DNA from: Eledone cirrhosa
Taxonomy: Eukaryota
Assembly (NCBI GenBank): GCA_964016885.1
Contig: OZ024740.1
Location: 48,360,001 to 48,424,000 of the forward strand
DNA length: 64,000 nucleotides
Reading direction: 5' to 3'
Within the stretch, counting starts at the first letter, position 1. Each line of letters opens with the position of its first letter. The notes below the pieces were generated by a model that saw nothing but the letters and a program-made list of their open reading frames with translations, had not been told where the DNA came from and searched no databases. Shown one piece after another: positions 51,845 through 64,000 of the stretch. The position numbers and the translations under genes are program-made.

Positions 51845-51898
51845 CGGCATTCTTCCCATACTTTTGAAATTAATTCCAATATTCTTGTATCAGTTTTA
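51845..51898 (-). CDS. ACD: TPP1/ACD-like exon (54 nt)
   Basis: tttcag|T: (C)KTDTRILELISKVWEEC(R)|gtatgt; resembles human CNQDLDVQKKLYDCLEE; phase 2->2. Confidence 0.72.
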
Positions 51899-52862
51899 CT
51901 GAAATTGATCAGAACAATAGACAATTTTATTAACAATTTTAAACTTTTTAATGTTTATGAAGTAATTTATAGGTTTCACAAGCCAAAGTTACTAGTGTGA
52001 ATATTCTTAATCAACTTAAGCGCATTAAGACAAAGTTAGACATTATAAAGAAAGTAAACCACATTAATGCTAATGCAAGGTTCTATCTCTGATAACCATT
52101 CCTGTTATGATTTTACATTTAGTTTTAACATAGTTGGGATCATTCTGTAAAGCTAAATGAAATGACAAAGATGATTGTAAACCAATGAATGAAATGTTTA
52201 CATTGTTCAAATATTTTTAGGAATTTTCACGATTATATTGGCCACTGACTAATTTCTTTTTCTGTTCTCATTGCATAAGTGTTCCCAGTAGGCTTTTTAA
52301 TACATCTTGCATTAATTATATTAACACGAATATAACTATTACTTTTGTGTGGAGAGCACCTTTAAGTTATTTATTCTCTAAACAATTATACATTTTCTAT
52401 GCCAACCAGAATACAATCTTGTACCTTTACTTATTGATTCTCCTATCACTACTTCAGTAAGTATGGCAAAGCCTATGCTTTGCCAATGATATCATAAGTC
52501 CAAGACATGTATGAAGTTGTCCTCTATACTTGCAAAAATAATAAAAATATTAGTCATTGACTAATATTATTTTTTCTCTCATCTCACAATCATTTCCTGT
52601 TAGTGTTTTAATGAGGTCTGGATTAAATATGTTAATACTAAGTTGTATAAATTATGTTCAGCTATCAAAAATAAATGGCTGATAACTCTGAGACAATTAG
52701 ATTCTATAAGGCAACAATATTATAATTATTAAATTCTTATCTTTGGGCATGATCCTTCACAATGACCAAAAGATATGCTTTTATATATATACACAAAATG
52801 TACTGAAAAATAATTTCTGTTTTTTTGTTTTTGAAGACATTGAAAGAATGTTTTAAATTTAC

Positions 52863-52951
52863 CAAGATGACAACTTGTCTCTATTCCAGTATCCCTGTTC
52901 AGTGTTCCAAACTTCAAAACTTTTGATTACAATCATATAATCAGAGGACTC
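52863..52951 (-). CDS. ACD: TPP1/ACD-like exon (89 nt; putative last OB-fold strand)
   Basis: ttttattag|ESSDYMIVIKSFEVWNTEQGYWNRDKLSS|gtaaat; resembles human AEFYLQVDRFSLLPTEQ; phase 0->2. Confidence 0.72.
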
Positions 52952-53412
52952 CTAATAAAATAGAAAAGAAAATAGTTAATAGTGCTACCCACCATACCCA
53001 AAACTTATCAGTTTGTCTTATATTTCAAACTATATACTTATTCACACCACAGAATCATTCATTTTAGATTTTAATTATAACATCATCATCGTCATCGTTT
53101 TTATATCTGTTTTTTTTCATGCTTGAATGAGTTATAATATGATTGAAATATCTTAGTAAAATCGCTGGTTAAGTTGTTATTTTTCGAGGGTGAAATGAGA
53201 TGAATGGGGAGCATGTGAGAATGTAAGACAATACTGATTCTGATAGAGAGATAAGAGGGGGGGGGGGGGGGGGCACTGTGCCATCAAAGTTCAAGGGAGA
53301 AAGAGAGAGAAGGCATGACACTAGGGTAATGGAGTTGAACATTTTTAAAGGCAGAACAGAAAACATTAATGAAATAAGATATAATTGAAATACCTTAACT
53401 TATATATATTAA

Positions 53413-54025
53413 ATAATAATAATAAAATTATTGTGTACAGTGCTCAAGTGCACTACAACTCATCAAAGGTGTATGTATAGTACATAGAATAATGTACAAA
53501 TGTCAGGAAAATGAACAGTGTACAAGTCATGATATACATGTGTGTGTGTGTATGGGGGGGGGGGGGGGGGGGCAATCAGGTGTAGTGTTGGCGAATCTTA
53601 GGAAGCATGGAAGTTTTAAAGGATGCAGTGTCTCGACAGCTAATAACTGATGCAGGTAGTTTGTTCCATGCTTCAGCAACTCTGAGCGTGAAAAAATGTT
53701 TCAGAAAGTCATGGGAGCTGAGCTATTTTCTGACTTTGTGGGCATGCCCACGTGTGTTAGACACATGGAAATCAAAAAGGTACTCAGGGTTGTTGTTGGC
53801 AAGATGGTTAATCATTTTGTGGGTGTTTACCAAGTCAGTTGCCGGACGTCGGAGCTTCAATGTATCCATGCCCAGGGAAGCATGGCGTTCAGAGTATGGT
53901 AGATGCCTGATGGAGGGTATTCACTTGGTTGCACGTTTCTGAACAGTTTCCAGGCGGTCAATGTTCTGAGCAAGATAGGGGTTCCAGACTGGTGATGCAA
54001 ATTCTAAGTGTGGCCGCACCATAGC
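53413..54025 (-). mobile_element. CR1 LINE 3' fragment
   Basis: MVRPHLEFASPVWNP, TRGHAHK, AWNKLP on the minus strand; same family as 15500-18072. Confidence 0.9.
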
Positions 54026-54428
54026 TTTTCATTACGCAAACTTACACTCACGCACACACATCCATACATCATACACATATTCTGATACGTCTTTCACTAT
54101 GTACACTTACACTCACGCACACACATGCATATATCAAACACGTATTTCACTACGCACATGTGCAAAACTTTAAATTTTAACATCTTTTCATACATTTAAA
54201 TTAAATCTGCCAGCCAACAACAATTCTCCAATTACTCTTTAAACACCTACACACAGATCCTCTCTTGAGAATGGGCAATAAAATTGCTAAGGTAAAATTC
54301 TATCGTCCTCACTCTTTTCTCAGTCTTTTATTCTCTGTTACTCCTATTATCTTGGCATTTTTAATCTTGCATGCATTGTTGGGCTTCCAAATATTTAAAC
54401 TTATTTAAATTTGTATTTCTTATATATA

Positions 54429-55301
54429 CAGGGTGCAGACAATATTTGTTCGCAATTTTCAACTGCTAATTTTATGCAAATTTCTTTTACTTCCATTGTC
54501 ACTCTTGTCTTCATAAAAACAGTAACTATATTTCCATTATATATTTTCAGAATAATTGATTATGAATAATTTTGAACCTCCAAATTTGTGGAAGAAACAC
54601 GGAGTTCTTCTTGGAATCTGCGCCGGGAGGACAAATAAGGAAATTTCAGACTTTCCCAGAACAACAGGTAGCTCGCTGTCTCATCCAAAGACGTGCCCAG
54701 AGTCATGCAGACAAAGTTTCCAGCGACAACATTGGACTTAGGTGTCGTCAGCAGTCAAGGTGACGTCATGCCACCTCATTTCTTCCCTGAGGGCCTCAAG
54801 CTGAACACCGATGGCTACATCCGCGTTCTGAGCAAGGTAGTAAAGCCCTGGATCGACCAGGTAGCTGCAGGTAGGCCGTACGTGTGGCAGCAAGACCTGT
54901 CATACCAGCCGAAAGACCCAAGCCTGGCTGTCAGAGAACTTTGTCGACCACACTTCACCTGACATCTGGCCTCCCAGCTCGCCTGACTGCAACCCCCTCG
55001 ACTTCTTTGTGTGGGGCGCAGTGGAACAAGACACCAACAGATCTAGCTGCAATATGAAAGATGATCTGAAGGCCAGGATCACAAGTTCCTTTAGGGGCCT
55101 AAGTCGGGGGACAGTGACGAAGGCCTGTAGCCGGTTCCGAGGCCGTCATCAAAGCCAATGGCGGGTTTATCGAGTGAGATCGAAAGAACAAGTCATGAAG
55201 ACAAACTGACCCAAGTTTGATAAATAAATCTTAAAAAATAAAACTACTGTGTTATCTTTTCCTAGACAGTTATCTTGCGAACAAATATTGTCCGCATCCT
55301 G
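54429..55301 (+). mobile_element. Tc1/mariner-superfamily DNA transposon (maT/DD37D-like), internally deleted
   Basis: 27-bp TIRs cagggtgcagacaatatttgttcgcaa / ttgcgaacaaatattgtccgcatcctg within (TA)n; transposase remnants YVWQQD and WPPSSPDCNPLDFFVWG. Confidence 0.9.
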
Positions 55302-56251
55302 TATATATATATATCATCTCATCATCATATAACATCTGCTTCCCTGCTAGCAATGGTTGGATGGGCCTACATAGACCAAGTGAGGACTGAAGCAAGGCTA
55401 CTGACCTTCCAGACAGGCCAAGGGGTCTGTATCCCATTTAGATACGATCATATCGAGAAGAGAAGTTGTGTCTTTTGACATAAACTGAAGGGTCAAACAT
55501 CTTTTTTCCATGCTGGCATGGGTTGGACAGGTTGTCATGTTCTGTAACTAGACAGGTCAGATGAACACATCTTGCACATATATTCACTTTACAGTGTGTA
55601 CTGGGTGCTTTTATTGCGTAGATCACCACCACTAAGGAGGCTGTCATATTCTTCACACAACTAAAGGGTGTTCCCAACCCTTTGTTTGGCAAGCTTTCTA
55701 TGGATGGATGCCTTTCCTATCACCAACCACTTTACAGCATGTACTGAGTGTTTATAATGTAGATCATCAAAACTAAAGAGGTCGTTGTCTTTGACACAAT
55801 TAATGGGTCCTCTCAACCCTTTTAGGGATGGTTTCTACAGTAGAGTGCCCTTCCAGTCGCCAATCACCCTTACAGAGTGCACGAGGTGCAGTTTCGTGGC
55901 ACTATTACTAGAGAGGTTGTTAGTCATAGATCCAACTGTAGAGCCCTCTCAGCTCCAGGAAGAAGGGTAATAGGGGAGGGAGATAGGTGTGAAGTTATAG
56001 GTATAATGAGTAAAGGGAAGAGGTGGCTAATTAATGAAATGGGGATGTTGTGGTGTGAGGGACGTGGTCAATATGGTGGGGGTGGGGGCATGATGGAGAG
56101 ATAGGTAGGGGAGGTAAGGGATGATAAGGGATGGGGTAGCTGATTAGTGTATGGGGAGAAGGAATGCCTTGCAATCAGGGAAAAAGTGGACGTAAAATGA
56201 AATGAAATGAAATGAGATAGAGTATAATATTTGAAAAATCTTTTTCATTAC

Positions 56252-58002
56252 TATCATCATCATCATCACCGTTTTACGTCCGTTTTTCCACGCTAGCATG
56301 GGTTAGACGGGTTGTGCTGTTGTGGGCAGAGTCTGGTCAGCTGACCATGCCTTGCTCATACAGGAACTGATTTGGCTTGATTTCTACAGCTGGATGCCCT
56401 TCCTAACACCAACCTCATTTACAGTGAGTGCTGGGTGCTTTTTCGTGGCGCCTACACGTCCACTTTACAGTGTGGGCTGGGTGCTTTTTTGCCGTGGCAC
56501 CTCCACGACCACCTTACAGTGGGGGGTGTGGGGGCATATTGTCTATATGCTTCAGCTTGTACCCATGGGAGGTCGGGTACTCTGTATTACTGCATGACGC
56601 CAGAGGTCACGGTCGTGTGTCATCGCCTTTGAGAGGTGTAATTGGGTAAGGTCGGCTTTTATCACCTCAACCCAGGTCATCTTGGGTCTCCCCACTCCGC
56701 GGTTTCCATCGACTTCTAGTGCTCTGCACCTTTTTATGCAGCTGTCATCCTTCATACGCATCACATGTCCATACCAACGCAACCGCCTCTCCTGCACACA
56801 GCATTTGATTCCTCTTATGCTCAGTCTCTCTCTCAATTCATTTATGCTTTGTCGTTAGCGTATATTACTATTACACATCCATCGGAGCATGCAGGCTTCG
56901 TTTCTCTCTAATCTACGTAAGTCTTCCACCTTCAGCGCCCAGGTCTCACTACCATGCAACATCGCTGTTCGGATACACGCATCATGCCTTTCATTTTGAG
57001 GGAGAAGCCTTTTGCAGCTAGCAGTGGTAGTAGTTCCCTAAACTTCTTCCATCCCGTTCTTACCCTAGTTATTGTACTTTCTGAACACCCACCTCCGCTG
57101 CTAATTCGGTCACCTCGGTAGCAGAAGGTGTCAACTGTCTCTACAGAGCCCTCCCAGAGATTGGTGGTACTTGTTTCCTGTGGCTGTTTGCTGCTTGCTG
57201 TTCCAGCACAGCTGCTGCATGTGAAGCCTACATTCTTAATTAAGCTTCCTGAGATCCCGCTACATCCCTTGTGTACCCATTGTTTGCATTTGGGGCAGAG
57301 AATGGAGTTCCTACCTACACCTTTCCTACATACTGAGCAAGGCCATTTCCCTCAGGGGATCTGGGTTCTGTCTTCTCGTCTACTTACAAGGACCTTAGTC
57401 TTTGTCATGTTGACTTTGAGACTCTTTCTTTCTAGTCCCTGCTTCCAAGTTTGGAATTTCTTCTCTAGTTCTACCATAGATTCAGCTATAAGTGCGAGGT
57501 CATCAGCATAGATGAGTTCCGTTATTGCCTGCAGGACTATGATGAACAGGAGGGGGCTAAGAACAGAGCCCTGGTGGACCACAACCTGTACGCTAAATTC
57601 CTCGATATACTCATTGCTAATCCTAACTTTGCTGACTGCTCCCCTATATATGGCTTGTACAGCTTTCACAAGCCATTCATCTACTCCTAGTTTTCTAAGA
57701 GCCCACCAGATTACAGCACGTGGAACTCTGTCAAAGGCTTTCTCAAGATCGATGAATGCCAGGTAGAGTGGCTTACTTTTAGCTAGGTACTTTTACTGTA
57801 ACTGCCTCACAAGGAAGAGGGCATCAGTGGTGCCTCTTCCTGGTACAAACCCAAATTGCATCTAGTTTCACCCGGTCCCTAATCAACTGTGCTATAACTC
57901 TTTCTGTTACTTTCATGACCTGGTCCATCAGCTTTATACCTCTATAGTTTCCTCTATCGAGTGCATCACCTTTACTTTTGTAACAGTTGACAATGATGCT
58001 AT
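56252..58002 (-). mobile_element. RTE LINE, PHD-bearing subfamily C
   Basis: YKSKGDALDRGNYRGIKL, FIDLEKAFDRVPR, YADDLAL, WPCSVC..WVHKGC..FTCSSC; distinct 3' UTR. Confidence 0.9.
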
Positions 58003-58189
58003 ATTTCAAACAATTTACAAAAAAATTTGGAAAGCTTTCACATTATTAAGCTGGTGTTCAGAGCATAGCTTAACAAAGATTCTTATAAGGAAGGGTTTTA
58101 GATAAATATAAACACTTTAAAACAAACTGTTCTATAACGTAAAACTAGTGGTGATTTTGAAGGGTTTGTATCAAAAGGGTTAATCTACA

Positions 58190-59332
58190 TCATTATCATC
58201 ATCGTTTAACATCTATCTTCCATGCTAGCATGGGTTTAGATGGGAGTTGTCCTACTTGATGCAAGAATGGTCGGTGACCATGTCTCGCCCATATAGGACT
58301 GTCTGGCAGGTTTTCTACGGCTGGATGCCCTTCCTAACACCAACCACGTTTACAGTGTGGACTGGGAGGTTTTTACCGTGTTACCTACACAGCCACATTA
58401 CAGCGTGGACTGTGTTTTTTTGTTGTGACACCTACACAATCTCAATCTCATTATCTCATTTATTTGGACTGGATGTTGTGATACCAACTTTACAGTGAGA
58501 GGGTCGTGTTGGTGGGAGGGTAGGTGTATATTTGGTTAAAAGGTGCCTACTGACTGTAGGTTTCGCTTTGTACATAGGCAAGGCAAGTCTTCTGTATTAC
58601 TGTGTAGCGTCAAAGATCTCAGTCCAGTGACATTGTCTTAGAGAGGTGTGTGTAAGGTCGGAATTTATCAAATCGTCCCAGGTTTTTCTGGGTCTACCTA
58701 CTCCGTAACTTCCATCAGTTTTGAACGCCCTGCACTTTTTTATACAACTGTCGTCTTTCATGCGCATCACATGACCATATACAATCTGCCTTTCATTTTT
58801 AGAGAGAAACCTTTAGTGTCCATAGTGGTATTAGCTCTCTGAACTTTTTCCATCCCGTTCTGACTTTGGCTACTGTACTTTTAGAGCACCCTCCACCACT
58901 GCTGATTTTGTCACCCAGGAAGGTGTCTATTATTTCTATAGAACCATCTGGGCAATAGAAAGAGCTAGTATCCTGTGGGCACTTATTGCACCTGAGCATC
59001 GGCCACATATAAAATCTACGTTCTTAGATAGCTTACCTGTGATCCCACTACATCTTTTATGTACCCATAGTTTGCATTTGGGACATAAAATTGAATTTCT
59101 GCCTACTCCTTTCCTACACACTGAGCATGGCCATTTCCCAGAAGTACCTGTACCCTATTTTCCTTTCTACATACTAGAACTTTAGTCTTAGACAAGTTAA
59201 CTTTAAGGCCTTTTGATTCTAGGCCATACTTCCATGTTTGGAATTTCTTCTCTAGTTCAGCCATCGATTCAGCTATGAGAGTTAGATCATCTGCATATAG
59301 AAGTTCCCATGGGCAGCTGGTCTTGAACTCCT
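58190..59332 (-). mobile_element. RTE LINE subfamily A, truncated and internally deleted
   Basis: CPWELLYADDL, CRKGVGRNSILCPKC; 3' UTR like 20590-20966. Confidence 0.9.
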
Positions 59333-59676
59333 CAAAGCAAAATTTTTAAGGGAAATAATAGTCTAAATTAAATTGACTATAAAGCATTAATAGTATTTAT
59401 TGTATTTCCCCGTCATCAAAAATACTTTGCCCTCAAGGACAATTTTGACAACCAAAAATTTGAAAAAAATTATAAATATGAAAATAAGTCTTAATATTTG
59501 CTGCAAATCCTTTTAACATACTGCAGTTCTACTGCTTTTGTCACTTAATAATGTTCCCTTAAAATCAGGTTGTTTCAAGAGAGTAAAAATACCAACAATA
59601 TTGATACACAACATGTAAAAATATCACTCATCACTTGCCTTGTCTAATATATTCTACCCATATTTTTTTGATTGCG

Positions 59677-62270
59677 TATCATCATCATCATCATTTTACG
59701 TCCGCTTTTCCCTGCTTGCAAGGGTGGGACGGGTCTTATTCAGCACAGCATCTCTCCACTCGTCACGGTCCCTCGTCATCTCCACCGTGAGCTTCAATGA
59801 TCTGAGGTCTGTTCTCACCACCTCCGCCCATGTTTTTCGTGGTCTACCTCTACCACGTCTTCCTTCAACTGGCAATTCCTAGCACTTCTTCACCCATCGG
59901 TCATCCTCCATGCGCATCACATGTCCATACCACCTCAGTCTCCTCTCCCGTACACTACATTCTATCCCTCTCAGACACAGTTTCTCTCTCAACACATTTA
60001 TGCTGGGTCGTTCACGCACATTTACACTGCACATCCAACGGAGCATGCTTGCCTCATTTCTCTCCAGCCATCGCATGTCTTCTGCAGTTACTGCCCATGT
60101 CTCACTACCATGCAGCATCACGCTCCTCACACAGGCATCATACAACCGGCCTTTCGTACGCAGGGAGAAACCCTTCTTCGTCAACAGAGGAAGCAGCTCC
60201 CTAAACTTCTTCCAACACGTCCTTATTCTAGATACTATGGTCTCGGAACACCCTCCTCCCATGCTAATCTGATCTCCTAGGTACCGGAAGCTATCCACCA
60301 CTTCTATAGCGCCCTCCTGCATTTGAAAAATGTGTCTATCAATGCGACTTCTACTGTCTAATTTCCCTGTACATCTACTGCATACATATTTCTCCCTACC
60401 TGTTAGTTTGCCTGCTATCCCGCTACATCTCTTGTGTACCCAGGATCTGCATTGTGTGCATTTTATAGAATTTATGCCAGTTCCTTTTCTGCATATCAAA
60501 CATGGCCATTTCCCTGACGGAATCAGGATTTTGTCCTCTTTTTTACTCATCAACACTTTTGTCTTAGCTAGATTCACTCTCAGTCCTCTTGTTTCCAACT
60601 GCTGTTTCCATAGCCAGAATTTATTCTCTAGCTCCTCTACTGATTCTGCTATAAGAACCAGATCGTCAGCATAGAGAAGTTCCCATGGACAGCCAGTCTT
60701 AAACTCCTCTGTTATGGCTTGGAGGACTATAATGAACAAGAGCGGGCTGAGGACCGACCCTGATGTACTCCTACTTGTATCTGGAATTCCTCACTAAACT
60801 CCATTCCTACCCTGACTTTACTGACAGCACCTCTGTACAAAGTTTGCACTGTCCTCACAAGCCATTCCTCAACACCTAGCTTCCTTAGGGACCACCAGAT
60901 GACAGATCGGGGTACCCTATCAAAGGCCTTCTCTAGGTCAACAAAGGCTAAGTATAATGGCTTATTCTTCTCTAAGAACCTCTCTTGCAATTGTCTCACC
61001 AAGAAGAGAGCATCTGTTGTACTCTTCCCAGGCACAAAACCAAACTGTATCTCATCTAGTTTGACCCTTTCTCTAATTAGTTGTGCTAAAATCCTTTCTG
61101 CCACTTTCATAACCTGATCTATCAGTTTTATACCCCTATAATTGCTCCTCTCCAAATCATCCCCTTTACTTTTATAGCAATTTATGAGAATACTGCTGCA
61201 CCAGTCTTTGGGTATGACACCACCATATATAGCCTGATTGATGATGCATGCAACCAGTTTAGTGCCTACGTCCCCTGATGCCTTCAGCATCTCAGCAACT
61301 ATTCCCGATGGTCCGGCAGCCTTACCATTTTTCATTTCCCTAATCGCCTCTTGGACCCTATATTCGTCAATCTCAATAGCTGGTCCCTCTGTCGGATCTA
61401 CCAAGGGTAATTTCTCTCCCTCCCATTCGTTCTCCACATTCATCAGTCTCTCATAATGACATTTCCAGGCCTCCTTTTTCTGATCATTCGTGACACTAAG
61501 TACACCGGCATCATCCCAGACACATTTATCTCCAACAACATCCTGATTTGCATTGACACACTGCCTTGCAATGTGGAACACCGCACACCTCTGATCTTCC
61601 CGTCGCAGAACATTGGCAAACCTCCTACTCTCTGCCTCCCTGCGTGCTAAGTACACCTGACGTCTAGCTTCTCTCTTAGTGGCTGTATATTCTTCCCTAC
61701 TCCCACCCTTTTTCCAAGCCTTCCATGCTAGTCTTTTGTCTCTAATAGCCTTATCTACTGTGCTGTTCCACCACCAGGTCACTCTCTGTCTGGTTGGAGC
61801 TCTGCTCCAGCCACAAGTTTCATCAGTAGCCTGCAGCAAGTTGTCACGTAGGAAATTCCAGTTATTATCTATGTCATACGTCTCTAAATCGTCTTCTTTT
61901 TCGTCATATACATCTTGAAGGGCTTTCCTAAATTTGTATTTTAGTGAAAGGTCTTTTAGCTTCCAGACCTTTCTTCTCCACACCTTCCTATATGTCTCAT
62001 TCCATCTCTTGCTTACTGAGATATCACTAACAACTAACCTATGCTGTGGGGTACATTCTTCCCCAGGGTATGCCTTGGTATTAGACACTATCTGCCTGTC
62101 CCGCTGCCTAACTAGTAAAAAGTCAATCTGGCTTATGTGCTCACCAGATTTGTAGGTTATTAGGTGATTGGCAGGTTTCTGGAAGTTTGTGTTGCAAATA
62201 GTCAATGTACCTGCATCACAAAATTCAAGAAGTCTCACTCCTTCTTCATTTCTTGAACCGTAACCGTGCG
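59677..62270 (-). mobile_element. RTE LINE subfamily B, longest copy (APE C-terminus + RT + PHD)
   Basis: 503-aa and 286-aa frames joined by a frameshift; QIDFLLVR, PQHRLVV, FVDLEKAFD, YADD, C4HC3; (CAT)n tail. Confidence 0.95.
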
Positions 62271-62976
62271 TATATATTTTTTTATTTTTTATAATACATT
62301 TATGTATTTCCTACTTTAATTAAGCGTAATTTATACACTTCATTGAGAAGTCATACACAGGAGTTCTCTGATTACGGTCTAGCATAGATAATTTTCCTCT
62401 GGGGTTAGGATACGCCTATGAGAATTGCAACCTTTGGACTCCAAGATGCATGGTACATTTTAGGAAGGAAATAGCATCTTCGACTTCATCAAATGGGAAG
62501 TAAAATAAACTTCAGTGAAATTTGAATTCAGGAGAAAAGATAAAACTAAACAGGTATGGCTGTGTGGTTAATGAGTTCACTTTTCAACTGTGATTTTGAG
62601 TTAAATCTCACTGCATGGCTCTTCGAGTAAGTCTCTTCTTCTACAGCCTTGGGTTAACTAATGACTTGTCAGTAAAATTTGCTAAACTGGAAATTGTGTG
62701 GAAGAGCTTGTTGCATTTGCTCGTGTTTACATTTACTGCTTGTTCATGTTTCGTATTTTAGAGGCTCAACAAATAGAGATCAATAAAAGAAGTATTAGAT
62801 TTGAAAAAGAAAGTAATAAGGTTGATAGGATTGACTAAATACTTTAAAGGCAGTTTAATGACTGAAACCAAATAAAGGATAAAAGAACAGAAAAAAGATT
62901 TAGTTCCATTCTCTACTGTTCGAGCCATCACCTTCAAATCATGCCATAAAAAAGGAAGGACACATTGAATAATATA

Positions 62977-63091
62977 ATTGTTTCTATTTTAGGCCCAAGG
63001 CCAGCAATTACACAGTGCATTACTGGTACTTTATTTTATCGACCCCGTAAGGATGAAAGGCAAAGTCAACCTCGGTGGGATTTGAACTCAG
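62977..63091 (-). mobile_element. Family-1 SINE 3' part
   Basis: actggtactttattttatcgaccccgtaaggatgaaaggcaaagtcaacctcgg. Confidence 0.8.
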
Positions 63092-64000
63092 TAGTCCAAG
63101 ATGGTCAAGACACAGGTGGAACACTTGAACACCTATAAGATCAGGAATGACCTTAGACTAAATAACAACTTAAGATCATATGCTTTCCACTGACATGGAT
63201 TGGACAGGTTGTCATGGTCTGAGACCAAACCGTTTGGAGTGACCTAATTTTCATAATATGTTCCATATGGTTTCTATAGTTGCCCTTCTTAACACCAACT
63301 ACTCTACATGGTGAATTAGGTGTATTTTATTTTGTCACCAACACTGACACTTTACACATAGCATTAACACAAGAGAATTTGACACAGGCTAGGCCAGATT
63401 GAAGAATCCTCTCAAACCCTAAATTGTCTCTGATTGATTACCAAACACTGTAGCTTCTGATCAATAAAAGCCAAATGACCCAAAATGTTGATAGAAAAAA
63501 ACATCAATAATAATCTTTGAGTGGATGAGTAACGTGAAAGTATAATGGTAGAGGGGATGAATGGTGATAGAAAGGGAAGAGCTGGTATAGAAGAGTGTAA
63601 TAGAAGAGTGTAAGGAATGGGAGAAGGAAGCAGTGTAAAGTTTTGAGAGAAATAAAGGAGAGAATATATGTAAAGAGATATGAGAGTGAATGAAAAGTAG
63701 CTTTTAGGTGAGCAAATAAATGTTGGTAGTATAGAGAGGTATGTAAGGGCATAAGTGAATATGATGTTGTACATAGTACCAATAAAAAAAAAAGCGAGAT
63801 CTCTTCATTTAGTAAAAAATGAAAGTTTGCCCAGATATGAGATTTTAAATAGCAAATGTTTTCAATTTCCTAAGTCAATGAAGCAAAAGACATTTTATCA
63901 AAAAACATTTGTTTTATTCTACATTAAATGCTTATAATAAAAACATTAAAGTAATTTTTTAAAAAACCAGCTGTTTTCATAGCCTTGTATGATCAAGGTT

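Noticed and set aside
52425-52528. Possible extra minus-strand exon
   Set aside because: Stops in all frames before the donor-like site; exon 51845-51898 fits the phase instead.
59522-59557. Possible upstream TPP1-like exon (GTLLSDKSSRTA)
   Set aside because: Weak acceptor and no convincing OB-fold similarity.
16048-62155. Numerous 60-180 aa ORFs antisense to LINE ORF2
   Set aside because: Shadow frames of retrotransposon coding sequence.
63412-63782. Hydrophobic minus-strand ORFs
   Set aside because: Arise from purine-rich low-complexity DNA; no recognisable motif.

Overview
Eukaryotic, AT-rich, intron- and transposon-dense DNA; the SINE/RTE repertoire suggests an octopus/coleoid cephalopod (inference). 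None of the long ORFs in the track is a complete host gene. Three spliced genes were rebuilt by hand: (1) the last coding exon of NDUFS3 (+, 241-420); (2) a complete 3-exon, 78-aa COX6B (+, 15008-22132); (3) ten phase-consistent exons of a minus-strand gene (52951->24068, 5' part not found) whose motifs match the shelterin subunit TPP1/ACD. The rest is mostly mobile DNA: an internally deleted Gypsy LTR element with near-identical LTRs and a 5-bp TSD, CR1 LINEs, many RTE LINEs, tRNA-derived SINEs, a Tc1/mariner remnant and several MITE types. The most notable signals are a C4HC3 PHD-type finger inserted inside the RT of three RTE subfamilies, an inverted LINE pair bracketing two TPP1-like exons, a 283-bp palindrome, SINE sequence captured in an LTR end, fold-back hairpins at retroposon 5' junctions and a 15 x 60-bp intronic array. 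No CRISPR, rRNA or intact tRNA gene was seen.
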